The notes: generated from the sequence alone by a model not told the origin. A stretch of 54,013 nt of DNA from an uncultured Candidatus Saccharibacteria bacterium (GCA_964514575.1 CAZETJ010000001.1:1-54013); one strand, 5' to 3'; shown: positions 36,323 through 45,773, numbered from the stretch's first letter. Program-made: numbers and translations.

Positions 36323-37372
36323 ATGAGGATTTTAGGGATCGAGACCTCCTGCGACGAGACCGCGGCGGCTGTTGTTGAAGACGGCCAGCGCTTGCTGAGC
36401 AATGTCATAGCCAGCAGCGTTGATCTCCACGCGGCTTACGGCGGCGTGGTGCCGGAAATTGCCGCCCGCTCCCACCTGGAGAGTATTCTACCGGTGATAA
36501 ACGAAGCCTTAAGCCAAGCCAAAACTAACTGGGACGACATTGATGCCATCGCCGTGACTCAAGGGCCAGGCCTTATCGGCTCTCTGCTGATCGGTGTGCT
36601 GACCGCCAGAACCTTGGCGATCACGAAAAATAAGCCGCTCTACGCCGTTAACCACGTTAAAGCGCATGTCTACGCCACCTTTATAACGAAAGGGATGGCT
36701 GATTACCACTTCCCTGCTCATCCACCTGATTTTCCTCTGTTAGCCTTGATTGTTTCTGGCGGCCATAGCTCTTTAGTCCTATTCGAAAGCCACAGTCGGT
36801 ATAAATTGCTGGGGCAGACGGCTGATGACGCTGTCGGCGAAGCTTTTGATAAGGTAGCTAAAATGCTTGGTCTACCCTACCCCGGCGGACCAGCGATCGC
36901 GCAGGCTGCCAAAAAAGGCGACTCTACCTCGGTTAAATTGCCGATAGCCCAGATGAGTGGTTATGATTTTAGCTTTTCCGGCTTAAAAACAGCCGTTTTA
37001 AGGGCTGCGCAGGCCCTGGCCGGAAAGGACTACACATTTGCCTCTAGCGGCCTGCCAGAGGCGCTGACAAGCGCTCAGAAAGCTGACTTAGCGGCCAGCT
37101 TTCAAGCTACAGCTTTGAAAACTTTAGTAGACCGCTTAGAAAAGGCCTGCCGACAATATCAACCAGCCAGCGTGGCGATCGTTGGCGGTGTAGCCGCCAA
37201 TAGTGAGCTAAGGCGGCTGGCCGAAGCTGCCCTGCCCTCTGTTATCTACCCCGATGTAAAGCTATGTACAGATAACGCCGCGATGATCGCGGCAGCTGCC
37301 TTCTTCGGTAGATCAACAAATACACCCGTTGATCCCTATGGCCTATCTGTTGAGCCTGGCCTATCTTTGTAG
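36323..37372 (+). CDS. tsaD: tRNA N6-adenosine threonylcarbamoyltransferase
   Basis: LGIETSCDET, GGVVPE.A.R.H, GPGLIGSL, SGGH, DDAVGEAFDK, DNAAMI. Confidence 0.98.
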   Translation: MRILGIETSCDETAAAVVEDGQRLLSNVIASSVDLHAAYGGVVPEIAARSHLESILPVINEALSQAKTNWDDIDAIAVTQGPGLIGSLLIGVLTARTLAITKNKPLYAVNHVKAHVYATFITKGMADYHFPAHPPDFPLLALIVSGGHSSLVLFESHSRYKLLGQTADDAVGEAFDKVAKMLGLPYPGGPAIAQAAKKGDSTSVKLPIAQMSGYDFSFSGLKTAVLRAAQALAGKDYTFASSGLPEALTSAQKADLAASFQATALKTLVDRLEKACRQYQPASVAIVGGVAANSELRRLAEAALPSVIYPDVKLCTDNAAMIAAAAFFGRSTNTPVDPYGLSVEPGLSL

Positions 37373-37534
37373 ACTTGCAAGCATTTTCACCTCTGTTATA
37401 ATAGAGATGAAACAAACACGTAAGACTAAAAGTAGAGTTTCTGGAGTGGCTTTTCGGGTGAAAAGCTAGGGTTTTAGTTGGCTTATTTCATATGAAATAA
37501 GCCTATTTTTGACCTCTGGTATACTGGGGCTGAG

Positions 37535-40105
37535 ATGAAATTGCCCAGCGTTTATAATCCGGCTGAGTACGAATCCGACATTTATTCCCTCTGGGAACAG
37601 GGCAGGGCATTCGAGCCAAAAAACAGAGGTAATCCGGGTGTTTTTAGTATAGTTGCGCCCCCGCCAAATGCTAATGCCGACCTGCACATTGGCTACGCAC
37701 TTGTTGTCGCCATAGAAGATACTCTCGTCCGCTACCAACGCATGACCGGGAAGGAAACCCTGTTTGTTCCTGGCGCCGACCACGCCGGTTTCGAAACTTG
37801 GGTCGTTTACGAAAAGAAGCTCAACGAGAAGGGTAAAAGCCGCTTTGACTACTCCAGGGAAGAGCTTTACAGGCAGGTTTGGAGCTTCGTACAAGACAAT
37901 AAACACAATTTTGAAAGCCAGCTGAGGAAGCTCGGCGCTAGCTATGATTGGAGTCGCTTCACTTTCACCCTAGACCCCAAAGTTGTTAGCCGGGCCTATA
38001 AAACTTTTCAAAAAATGTGGCAGGAAGGTCTAATTTACAGGGGTAAGCGCATTGTTAATTACTGCACCTTCCATGGCACCAGCTTTTCAGACATTGAAGT
38101 CATTCACGAGGAAGAAAAGACCAAGCTTTGGCATATCGCCTACCCCTTAGCCGACGGGGAAGGGGAGGTCGTCATCGCGACCACCCGGCCAGAGACCAAG
38201 CTAGGCCAGTCGGCGCTGATGGTCAACCCCAAAGACAAACGCTATAAACACCTTATCGGGCAGAAGGTTCTGCAGCCTTTAGTCCCAAATAAACCGATTG
38301 AAATTATTGCCGATGATTACGTGGATATGGACTTTGGAACGGGGGTGGTAACGGTAACGCCTGGGCACGACCAGAACGATTTTGAAGTGGCCCAGCGGCA
38401 CAATCTGCCGATCATCGAGTTAATCACCACTGAAGGCAAAATCAGCGATAAAGTGCCCAAGGAATTCCGCAGATTGACGATCGCCGATGCCCGCGAGGCA
38501 GTTGTGAAGAAATTGCAAGAACTCGGCTATTTGCGAGAGATAAAAGACTATGTTCACTCAGTTGGAAAGTGTTACAAGTGCGGCACGATTATCGAACCGC
38601 TAGTTCGCGAACAATGGTTCGTCAAGATGAAGCCGCTGGCACAAGCGGCAGCCAAGGAGCTCAAGTCCGGGCAAATTGCCTTTTATCCGGCCAGCAAGCT
38701 CAAACAGACTCTGAGCTATCTGGAGGAAGTCAGAGATTGGAATATCAGCCGCCAGATTCCCTGGGGCATCCCAATCCCAGCTTTTCAGAACGTTAAACGT
38801 TCGTCCGATTGGATATTTGATGCCCGGGTTGACCAGGAATTTATAGAAAAAAATGGCAAGCGCTACCGGCGCGATCCAGACGTTTTTGACACCTGGTTTT
38901 CATCCGGTCAGTGGCCTTATGTAACGCTTGATTACCCTGGTTCAGACTTTAAAAAATTCTATCCGCTGAGCCTGATGGAAACTGGCGGCGAGATCCTTTA
39001 CCAATGGGTGGCCAGGATGATCATGCTTGGGCTTTATACCACCGGTAAAGTTCCGTTCAAAGACGTTTATATCCACGGCTACGTACTGGCTGAGGGCGGC
39101 GCCAAGATGAGCAAGAGCTTGGGCAACGCGATCAATCCGCAGACGATTATTTCGGAGTACGGTTCAGACGCGCTGAGGATGGGGCTGTTATCCGGCCGCC
39201 GGCCAGGGGTCAACCAAGGGTTTCATACTCCAAAGGTCAAGGGCGGCCGCAACTTCGCCAACAAGCTCTGGAATGTCGCACGGTTCGTGGAAGCGACTGG
39301 AACGAAAAGCGAACAAATTAAGTTGGCGGGGCCGGCCGATCAGTGGATTGCCAGCCGGCTCAACCAAGCGGGTAGGGAAATTGCCGAATCCCTGGAAGCT
39401 TACCGGCTTAGTGAAGCCTACGAAGCGCTTTACGGATTTGTATGGCGGGATTTTGCCGACTGGTACGTTGAAGCCAGTAAAACAGAGGTAAACCCAGACT
39501 TTCTAAATAAACTTCTGGCCGAGACCTTGAAGCTGGCGCATCCTTTCGCACCGTTCGTTACTGAAGCCATTTGGCAAACTATGAACCCGGTGGGCAATAG
39601 TCTGCTGGCAACCCAGGAATGGCCGGAACCGCTAGTCTTTGATAAAAAGCAGGCGGTGATTTTCGAAGACTTAATGGCGGTAGCCAAGGAGACACGCCAC
39701 ATTATTTCTGCTCTCAAGGTTCGCCGGCCAGTGCTCTACTTCTCTGACTCCAAAACCGTTGCTGCAAACGGCGATTTACTGGTTCACCTTGGCCATTTGG
39801 GCGAGCTAAAAAGTGCGCCAGCCAGCGGCGGAAAAGGCCTGCGTCTGGCCACGCCAAAAGGCCGCTACTGGCTGGATGTCGAGGAGTCAAAGCTGGCAAC
39901 TTATGTCGGACAATTGAAGCTCCAGGAAGCACAAATAACAGATGTGGTTAAGTTACTAAAGAGCCGATTGGCTAATAAAAGCTATGCTGCTAAAGCGCCG
40001 AAGGCTTTAGTGGAACAAAGCCGCTCGCAGCTAGTCGAGCAGACCGAAAAGTTGGTGGCTGTTCACGCCGAAATCAAAGCCTTTGCCAGTTACGCCGAGG
40101 GCTAG
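37535..40105 (+). CDS. valS: Valine--tRNA ligase
   Basis: PPPN, DHAG..T, TTRPET, WNISRQI.WG, DTWFSS, KMSKS, C-terminal coiled coil. Confidence 0.98.
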   Translation: MKLPSVYNPAEYESDIYSLWEQGRAFEPKNRGNPGVFSIVAPPPNANADLHIGYALVVAIEDTLVRYQRMTGKETLFVPGADHAGFETWVVYEKKLNEKGKSRFDYSREELYRQVWSFVQDNKHNFESQLRKLGASYDWSRFTFTLDPKVVSRAYKTFQKMWQEGLIYRGKRIVNYCTFHGTSFSDIEVIHEEEKTKLWHIAYPLADGEGEVVIATTRPETKLGQSALMVNPKDKRYKHLIGQKVLQPLVPNKPIEIIADDYVDMDFGTGVVTVTPGHDQNDFEVAQRHNLPIIELITTEGKISDKVPKEFRRLTIADAREAVVKKLQELGYLREIKDYVHSVGKCYKCGTIIEPLVREQWFVKMKPLAQAAAKELKSGQIAFYPASKLKQTLSYLEEVRDWNISRQIPWGIPIPAFQNVKRSSDWIFDARVDQEFIEKNGKRYRRDPDVFDTWFSSGQWPYVTLDYPGSDFKKFYPLSLMETGGEILYQWVARMIMLGLYTTGKVPFKDVYIHGYVLAEGGAKMSKSLGNAINPQTIISEYGSDALRMGLLSGRRPGVNQGFHTPKVKGGRNFANKLWNVARFVEATGTKSEQIKLAGPADQWIASRLNQAGREIAESLEAYRLSEAYEALYGFVWRDFADWYVEASKTEVNPDFLNKLLAETLKLAHPFAPFVTEAIWQTMNPVGNSLLATQEWPEPLVFDKKQAVIFEDLMAVAKETRHIISALKVRRPVLYFSDSKTVAANGDLLVHLGHLGELKSAPASGGKGLRLATPKGRYWLDVEESKLATYVGQLKLQEAQITDVVKLLKSRLANKSYAAKAPKALVEQSRSQLVEQTEKLVAVHAEIKAFASYAEG

Positions 40106-40950
40106 AAGACTAAGCTTTCGCGGGATCGCTTGATACCTTCGCTCGGCCGATAGTCGTCGAACCACAGCACTCGCCAGCCGGCTTTATCGGCGGCCATCAA
40201 ATTGGTGCGGCCATCATCGATTAATAAAATTTCATTGGATTCGACGCCAGCAGTAGCTTGGGCAAGTTTATAAATTTTGGCTTCGGGCTTAATAGCGTTA
40301 ACTTTAGAGGAATCAACCACCGCTTTATAGCCGACCGATGGTACGCGGTGGCTTTTGATCAGTTCATCCAGAAAGCCTGGCATGTTGTTGGACAATAGAC
40401 CAACCTCGTAATGTTCGGCGGTCCATTTGACTAGCTCATCGATACCGGGCATTGGTTCGATGGCCGCCATGTAGTGCTTCTGCCAGTCAAAAGAACCTAG
40501 CCCGAACTCTTTTTTAAAGAGATTATTAAAGTCTTTTAAGTTCATATCGCCCCTGTTGACGGCATCGTTGTGGCGCCAAAAAAGCGTCTCGACTTCGTCC
40601 GGCGAAACGTGCGCTTCGGCGGCAATTGCCGGGAATGCCCGGTAGAAAAAGCGAACCAGTACGCCATTAACATCAAAATAAACGAAGCGTATACCACTCT
40701 TGGAAATTTTCTTAGCCGGCGGGGCAGGGGAAGCGGATTTTAAACCAAGTAAATCTTCCAGCGAATTAGCGGTAGCGGTCGCAATTGCCGCAACCGTGAA
40801 AACTGATGGGGATTTTATCGCGCCTCGCTCAATTTTGGCCAGCGTTGAATAGCTTAAACCGGCTTTTTGACACAAATCCTGTTGTGTCAGCCCAGCCTGC
40901 CGGCGCGCCGTCGCAAGGCGCTGGCCAAGAGCCTTTTCGTCCAAACTCAT
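40102..40950 (-). CDS. XRE-family HTH fused to a HAD-like domain
   Basis: LA.AR...GLTQQDL...AGLSYSTLAKIERG then FDVNGVL, LSN, KPE.KIY, IDDG.TN. Confidence 0.9.
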   Translation of the reverse strand: MSLDEKALGQRLATARRQAGLTQQDLCQKAGLSYSTLAKIERGAIKSPSVFTVAAIATATANSLEDLLGLKSASPAPPAKKISKSGIRFVYFDVNGVLVRFFYRAFPAIAAEAHVSPDEVETLFWRHNDAVNRGDMNLKDFNNLFKKEFGLGSFDWQKHYMAAIEPMPGIDELVKWTAEHYEVGLLSNNMPGFLDELIKSHRVPSVGYKAVVDSSKVNAIKPEAKIYKLAQATAGVESNEILLIDDGRTNLMAADKAGWRVLWFDDYRPSEGIKRSRESLVF

Positions 40951-41092
40951 TAGCCTTATATTACCAGTTCAATTTGGTTTTTGCCAACCATTTGTGGCTA
41001 GCTGTTCTACGACTACGGGAAGAGAAGCCCGAGCGTCGGATTCATTCCGCGCCCGGAGCGATGAGAAACCCTGAAAGGGTGTCTTATGGATT

Positions 41093-41485
41093 TTAAAAGG
41101 CTAGCTTTTTGGCCATCTCGGCCAGCTCGCCGGCGGTGGGCTTCATAGCTGGATTTGGCATCTGGTGATACTCTTCGACGCTATTAAAGGGGAAAACGTG
41201 GACGTGAGCGTGCTCGACAGCTACGCCTTCGATTTGTTCGCCAACCCATTTAGGATCCAGTACTTCCTTGATTCGCTTAGCGACTTTTTTGACCGTTGTC
41301 ATTAGCGCTAAGTAATCTTCATCCGTTAGATTCCAAACATAATCAACCTGCTTTTTGGGGACTACCAGTGTATGGCCGGCGGTTTTAGGATTGTGATCCA
41401 AAAAAGCGAAGGTTAGTGCGTCTTCATAAATTTTGTTAGCTGGCAGTTCGCCCCTGATCATTTTCGTAAAAACGCTGTCAGCCAT
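41093..41485 (-). CDS. HIT-family nucleotide hydrolase
   Basis: SVFTKMIRGE.P, GHTLVVPK, HAHVH. Confidence 0.95.
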   Translation of the reverse strand: MADSVFTKMIRGELPANKIYEDALTFAFLDHNPKTAGHTLVVPKKQVDYVWNLTDEDYLALMTTVKKVAKRIKEVLDPKWVGEQIEGVAVEHAHVHVFPFNSVEEYHQMPNPAMKPTAGELAEMAKKLAF

Positions 41486-41487
41486 GG

Positions 41488-41658
41488 TTAAAAAAGAATA
41501 TCCAGAATGCTGAGTGAAAAAATAAAAATTAATACTGCCGCAACGCCGACAGCTGTTAATGTCTGGCGGAGATTCTCCCGGTTCCGAACCGTGAGCTTGG
41601 AATAAATCCAGGTTGATGTACCAAGTGTCAGAAGCAGCGAGATTACTAAATTGCTCAT
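41488..41658 (-). CDS. 56-aa 2-TM microprotein upstream of HIT
   Basis: Hand translation MSNLVISLLLTLGTSTWIYSKLTVRNRENLRQTLTAVGVAAVLIFIFSLSILDILF; TAAAAT-N6-ATG; stop 2 nt before the HIT ATG. Confidence 0.7.
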   Translation of the reverse strand: MSNLVISLLLTLGTSTWIYSKLTVRNRENLRQTLTAVGVAAVLIFIFSLSILDILF

Positions 41659-41783
41659 GGTCTCATTTTAACCCGTTTTGCGCGGAGCTGTGCAAAATGG
41701 AAAAGCAGCAACAATACAAGACCCCGCCAAATTTGTGCCACTTGATTGTGCAAATTTTATCGGGGTTGATATTAGTTGATGCG

Positions 41784-41875
<92 letters not shown>

Positions 41876-41945
41876 TTCTCTAACAGAGGTAATTATATCT
41901 TACTTTGCTTAAAGTCCGCTTTTACATACAATTATTGATAAGCAT

Positions 41946-43001
41946 ATGAATTTTGTACGCAAGGCATTACTGGTGATACTGACGCCGATATTCGTAACTC
42001 TGCTTTTCGCTACAGCTTTTGATACGGGAGTTGTCCGAGTTGCCACTCATCCGGCAACCGTAAAAAAAATCGTTGCCGATAGCGGCGTGTACAACAACAT
42101 TATCCCGAGTTTATTGAAACAAGCTGGATCGGTGAACAGCCAAACGGGAAGCGTAGAACTCACAAATCCCGCAGTCCAGTCGGCAGCTAAAACTACATTC
42201 AGCCCACAGTTTCTGCAAACAACCACCAATAGTACTATCGACAGTATCTACGCCTGGCTAGATGGTAAGACCACGGTGCCGAACTTTAAAATTGATTTAA
42301 CTAGCCAGAAGCAGCAGTTCGCTGAGTTGGTTGCCCAAGCAGCTGGGACTCAGGCTACCAGCTTACCGGCCTGTACAACGCCAGTTGATATGTCTAGTTA
42401 CAACGTCTTTACAGCCAACTGTCTGCCAGCTGGCACCACGGCGAGCGATGTCTCCGGTGGCACGTTGAACACACTTTTGAGCGGGAAGGGCTTTTTAGAC
42501 AATCCGGTCATTACCGCTGACACAGTTAAAGCGTCTGGCTCTAACCAAAGCGTTTTCACGGACAAACTCAAAAATGTTCCGCCAAATTACCGCCGTGCAA
42601 AACAAACACCGCTAATTTTGGCACTTCTAACGCTCCTGGTTGGAACCGCAATCGTCTTCTTATGCTCCACTAGACGGAAGGGGCTGAGACACGTGGCTAT
42701 CACCGTTGCCGCCATTGGCATCTTTATGCTGCTGTTCGCGTGGGGACTAAATGAAGCGGTTAGCAAAGAAGTGCCGAAGGTTTCCTTCAACAACGCTGCC
42801 TTCGATACGAACGTCAGGGCGCTAGTGACAGACCTAGCTCAAGCAATTGATAAAAATTATTGGTGGTTTGGCGGAGTTTATACTGCTCTGGGAATCGCAG
42901 GCATCGGCGGGATTTGGTATACGAAGAAAGGCTCGGCTCATCCGACAGAACATGAAGCTGACAAAAAAACTTTCCAGCCACCTGTTAAGTCCAAGGTTTA
43001 A
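41946..43001 (+). CDS. Multi-pass membrane protein with large extracellular Cys-pair domain
   Basis: N-terminal TM, LPACT..NCLP loop, three C-terminal TMs. Confidence 0.8.
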   Translation: MNFVRKALLVILTPIFVTLLFATAFDTGVVRVATHPATVKKIVADSGVYNNIIPSLLKQAGSVNSQTGSVELTNPAVQSAAKTTFSPQFLQTTTNSTIDSIYAWLDGKTTVPNFKIDLTSQKQQFAELVAQAAGTQATSLPACTTPVDMSSYNVFTANCLPAGTTASDVSGGTLNTLLSGKGFLDNPVITADTVKASGSNQSVFTDKLKNVPPNYRRAKQTPLILALLTLLVGTAIVFLCSTRRKGLRHVAITVAAIGIFMLLFAWGLNEAVSKEVPKVSFNNAAFDTNVRALVTDLAQAIDKNYWWFGGVYTALGIAGIGGIWYTKKGSAHPTEHEADKKTFQPPVKSKV

Positions 43002-43123
43002 GTTTTCGACGAATCTGGAATTAGATTTCGTTGCCTTACTCAGCCAAAATAAAAACTAGACAGCAAACATTTTTACACGATTTGGCGCATCGTCTGCTAA
43101 GTTAGATATATACGGAGGTAACG

Positions 43124-43528
43124 ATGTTCAACGAATTTAGAAAGTTTATTTTGCGCGGCAACGTGGTGGATCTGGCCGTCGGTGTTGTTATCGGCGCAGC
43201 TTTCAACGGAGTAGTGCAGTCGCTAGTCAAGGATATGATCACGCCGGTCATTTCGGCTTTTGGCGGCGGTAGCCGGTTTGAGGACGCTAGTTTTACGGTT
43301 CACCATAGCCAGTTTTTGTATGGTGATTTTCTGAACACGTTGATTTCGTTCGTTATCATAGCGGCGGTCGTCTTCTTTTTGGTAGTGCAACCTATTAATC
43401 GGCTGACAGCGCTGGCCATGCGCGGCAAAATTCCCGACGAACCCTCTACTAAAAAATGTGAATACTGCTTCAGTGTGATTCCAAAAGAGGCAACCCGCTG
43501 TCCGAACTGCACTTCTAAATTGGACTAG
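43124..43528 (+). CDS. mscL: Large-conductance mechanosensitive channel with C-terminal CxxC..CxxC
   Basis: EFRKFILRGNVVDLAVGVVIGAAF, YG.FL...I.F.I. Confidence 0.96.
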   Translation: MFNEFRKFILRGNVVDLAVGVVIGAAFNGVVQSLVKDMITPVISAFGGGSRFEDASFTVHHSQFLYGDFLNTLISFVIIAAVVFFLVVQPINRLTALAMRGKIPDEPSTKKCEYCFSVIPKEATRCPNCTSKLD

Positions 43529-43537
43529 TCATAAACC

Positions 43538-43614
43538 TGGTACACCCGGCGAGATTCGAACTCACGACCTTTGGCTCCGCAAGCCAACGCTCTATCCAGC
43601 TGAGCTACGGGTGC
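43538..43614 (-). tRNA. tRNA-Arg(GCG)
   Basis: GCACCCG/CGGGTGT acceptor, D-loop GGA20, anticodon arm TTGGC-TTGCGGA-GCCAA, TTCGAAT, CCA. Confidence 0.93.
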
Positions 43615-43660
43615 TTGTCGAACAGGGGTAATTTTAACAGAGGTAGACTAATTTTACTAG

Positions 43661-44227
43661 CTAGAAACGCAAGCGGCGGGTTAGGCGCTCAATACTGTCA
43701 AGCTGGCGCTGCTCGTAAGGCAGATGGTCTTCCAGCGCGCCTATAATCTTTTCTTGGTCGGCAGGCGCAAAATAGGCCGAAACTGGAGGCATGAAACGCT
43801 TAATCGGCATAAGATCTATGCTGACTAAGGCGCCATCTTGAATAATCGCAAATGACTTAAACAGACTGTAGGGATAGAGTCTTTGCTCGATACGCAGCCC
43901 GTCATTCGATAGTTCGTATTTCAAATTCTTAGGCGTCCGGGCGGCAAATACACCAACGACCAACCCCAAAATTAAAATTATCGCCGTGCCAAAATAGTCG
44001 TGAATTAGAAAATAAATACCCGATCCCAGAGCCAGAGTTATAGCCGCCAGTGCTGCGTACCAAAGCGCGCCTTGCTTATGATCAATGTATTCGGTCGCGG
44101 TCCAGTTGACCGGCTTACCAGATGAAGGCTGGCTTTGCGAGTTCTGCTGATCTAGCTCAGGAGGACTATCAGAACCCGAACTACCGCCAGGCTTATACTG
44201 CCATGGGGTTACTGGTTCGTCTTTCAT
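43661..44227 (-). CDS. CPR membrane protein with PH-like C-terminal domain (DUF5673-like)
   Basis: W.A.EY....G..WY, 2 TMs, Y.LS.DG..I..RLYPY..FKSF. Confidence 0.7.
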   Translation of the reverse strand: MKDEPVTPWQYKPGGSSGSDSPPELDQQNSQSQPSSGKPVNWTATEYIDHKQGALWYAALAAITLALGSGIYFLIHDYFGTAIILILGLVVGVFAARTPKNLKYELSNDGLRIEQRLYPYSLFKSFAIIQDGALVSIDLMPIKRFMPPVSAYFAPADQEKIIGALEDHLPYEQRQLDSIERLTRRLRF

Positions 44228-44254
44228 GCTAATGCTTATTATAACCGATTAACG

Positions 44255-44348
44255 TGGCGGAGAGGGAGGGATTCGAACCCTCGCGGGGGCTTTCGCCCCC
44301 CTAACGATTTAGCAAACCGTCCCCTTCAACCAACTTGGGTACCTCTCC
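44255..44348 (-). tRNA. tRNA-Ser(GCT)
   Basis: Anticodon arm ACGGT-TTGCTAA-ATCGT, variable arm GGGGGC-GAAA-GCCCCC, CCA. Confidence 0.97.
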
Positions 44349-44524
44349 TCGTCGAAGCCTGCGCGCTTGTTTCGTTTTGCTGCAAGTAGCAAAAGCTTCA
44401 ACTTAACGCTACGCTTCTCCTCTCAATTTTACAAAACCCTGCACAATGCGTGTTTTTGTAAAATTGGCTAAACCAAATACATGATAGCAAACTACCTCTG
44501 TTTTTACCTGGTATAATCTTCTCT

Positions 44525-44616
44525 GGAGAGATGCTCGAGCGGTTGAAGAGGACAGTCTTGAAAACTGTTGTGCCTTGCAAGAGGTACCGTGGGTTCGAAT
44601 CCCACTCTCTCCGCCA
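44525..44616 (+). tRNA. tRNA-Ser(TGA)
   Basis: Anticodon arm ACAGT-CTTGAAA-ACTGT, long variable arm, CCA. Confidence 0.97.
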
Positions 44617-44659
44617 GGAGAACTGGACAAAGCTTAAGGAGTATGCTATACTTAGTTTT

Positions 44660-44926
44660 ATGTCAAAGCTGTCAGGCGAAAAATCCGTACACGAAGGCTC
44701 CCAGGATCAGCTTTATAAAACAATAGATGAAGCGGCAGAGCGCATGGTTTATACAGTCCCCCAGGATGAATGGGAGACTATAATGGATATAACAGCGAGG
44801 ACTCAAGACCCTGATCTAGTTGCTGAGTTCCTTGAAAAACACCGCGATCATCTTGCGCCTGAATCTGTATTTTTTCTTGAGATGTCAGAAGCCGTAAAAC
44901 GGTCAAGAATTGAACCAAAGCAATAA
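44660..44926 (+). CDS. Small acidic hypothetical protein
   Basis: TGCTATACT-N7-ATG at 44660; 88 aa. The upstream part of the track ORF overlaps the tRNA. Confidence 0.6.
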   Translation: MSKLSGEKSVHEGSQDQLYKTIDEAAERMVYTVPQDEWETIMDITARTQDPDLVAEFLEKHRDHLAPESVFFLEMSEAVKRSRIEPKQ

Positions 44927-44956
44927 AAAGTTCCAGACCCGTCTATTCCGCCAATT

Positions 44957-45643
44957 TTATAAACGTTTGGCGAAAACCAAGGCATCGACTTTTTTGGCAC
45001 CGGCTTGGCGTAGAGTCTTTGTAGCAGCCCGTAGCGTCGCGCCAGTAGTAACCACATCGTCAATTAATAAAATCCGGCGTCCTTTTAATTTGTCCGGGCG
45101 TCTGACCCGGTAGGCTTGGGCCTGTTGTTTTTGACGTTGGGCTCGCTTGGCGCCGACCTGGCGGGTTTGGCCGAGACGACTTAGGGCGGGGTAATAATCA
45201 AGGTTCAGCTTGGCGGCTATTTTTTGAGCTAATAGATCGGCGTGGTCAAAGCCACGAGCCCGACGACGAACTGTGGCCGTTGGCACAGACACGACCAGAT
45301 AGTCAGAGGGCAGTTCTAGGTTATAGAAGCAGAATGTTCCTACCATCAGCGCCGCCAGGCTGTCGGCAGCAGCTCGCAAATGCCCAAATTTATAAGCTTG
45401 GAGAACAGTCTGAGCGGCACCTTGGTAGTCAGTCGCTATCCAAACGCGGTTCGGTGCGCTCATTCGATGGCAAGTTCGGCAGGTTTGTCCAGACGGACTA
45501 ACCGCACCGCAGAAAGCACAATGCTCGCCGTAGGGCAGAATCTCGGCTTCAGCGCACAATTCGCAAAACGCTGTGTGCTCGGCGCCGCATAGGAGACATT
45601 CGGGCGGAGCCAGCCAGCCAATGGCAGTCTCAAAAATACTCAT
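44957..45643 (-). CDS. comF: ComF-family phosphoribosyltransferase-like competence protein
   Basis: Double zinc ribbon CxxC motifs, RGFDHA, ILLIDDVVTTGATL. Confidence 0.92.
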   Translation of the reverse strand: MSIFETAIGWLAPPECLLCGAEHTAFCELCAEAEILPYGEHCAFCGAVSPSGQTCRTCHRMSAPNRVWIATDYQGAAQTVLQAYKFGHLRAAADSLAALMVGTFCFYNLELPSDYLVVSVPTATVRRRARGFDHADLLAQKIAAKLNLDYYPALSRLGQTRQVGAKRAQRQKQQAQAYRVRRPDKLKGRRILLIDDVVTTGATLRAATKTLRQAGAKKVDALVFAKRL

Positions 45644-45773
45644 TGTCTAAGAGGTTTGTTGTAAATGTCAGTATAACATGTTGCACCTCGGCACGGGGCT
45701 GGGCTATACTGAAGTTTAAGACAAAGACGCTCGTAAAGATTCAGGCCTAAACTAATATTTTGGAGGGAGAGAC

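Noticed and set aside
37407-37469. 20-aa uORF with three Val codons upstream of valS (possible attenuator peptide)
   Set aside because: TATAAT is only 4 nt upstream, there is no SD, the Val codons are not clustered, no terminator/antiterminator pair is visible, and valS has its own TATACT-N9-ATG
41046-41078. Hammerhead-like GATGA-GAAAC-stem sequence
   Set aside because: Core is CGATGA rather than CTGATGA, stem II is absent and the cleavage triplet would be GUG
44424-44466. dif site
   Set aside because: The arms and 17-nt spacer do not match the 11-6-11 XerC/XerD consensus
45680-45710. CIRCE upstream of hsp20
   Set aside because: Only a TTGCAC-N18-TATACT promoter-like sequence; no GCACTC-N9-GAGTGC repeat
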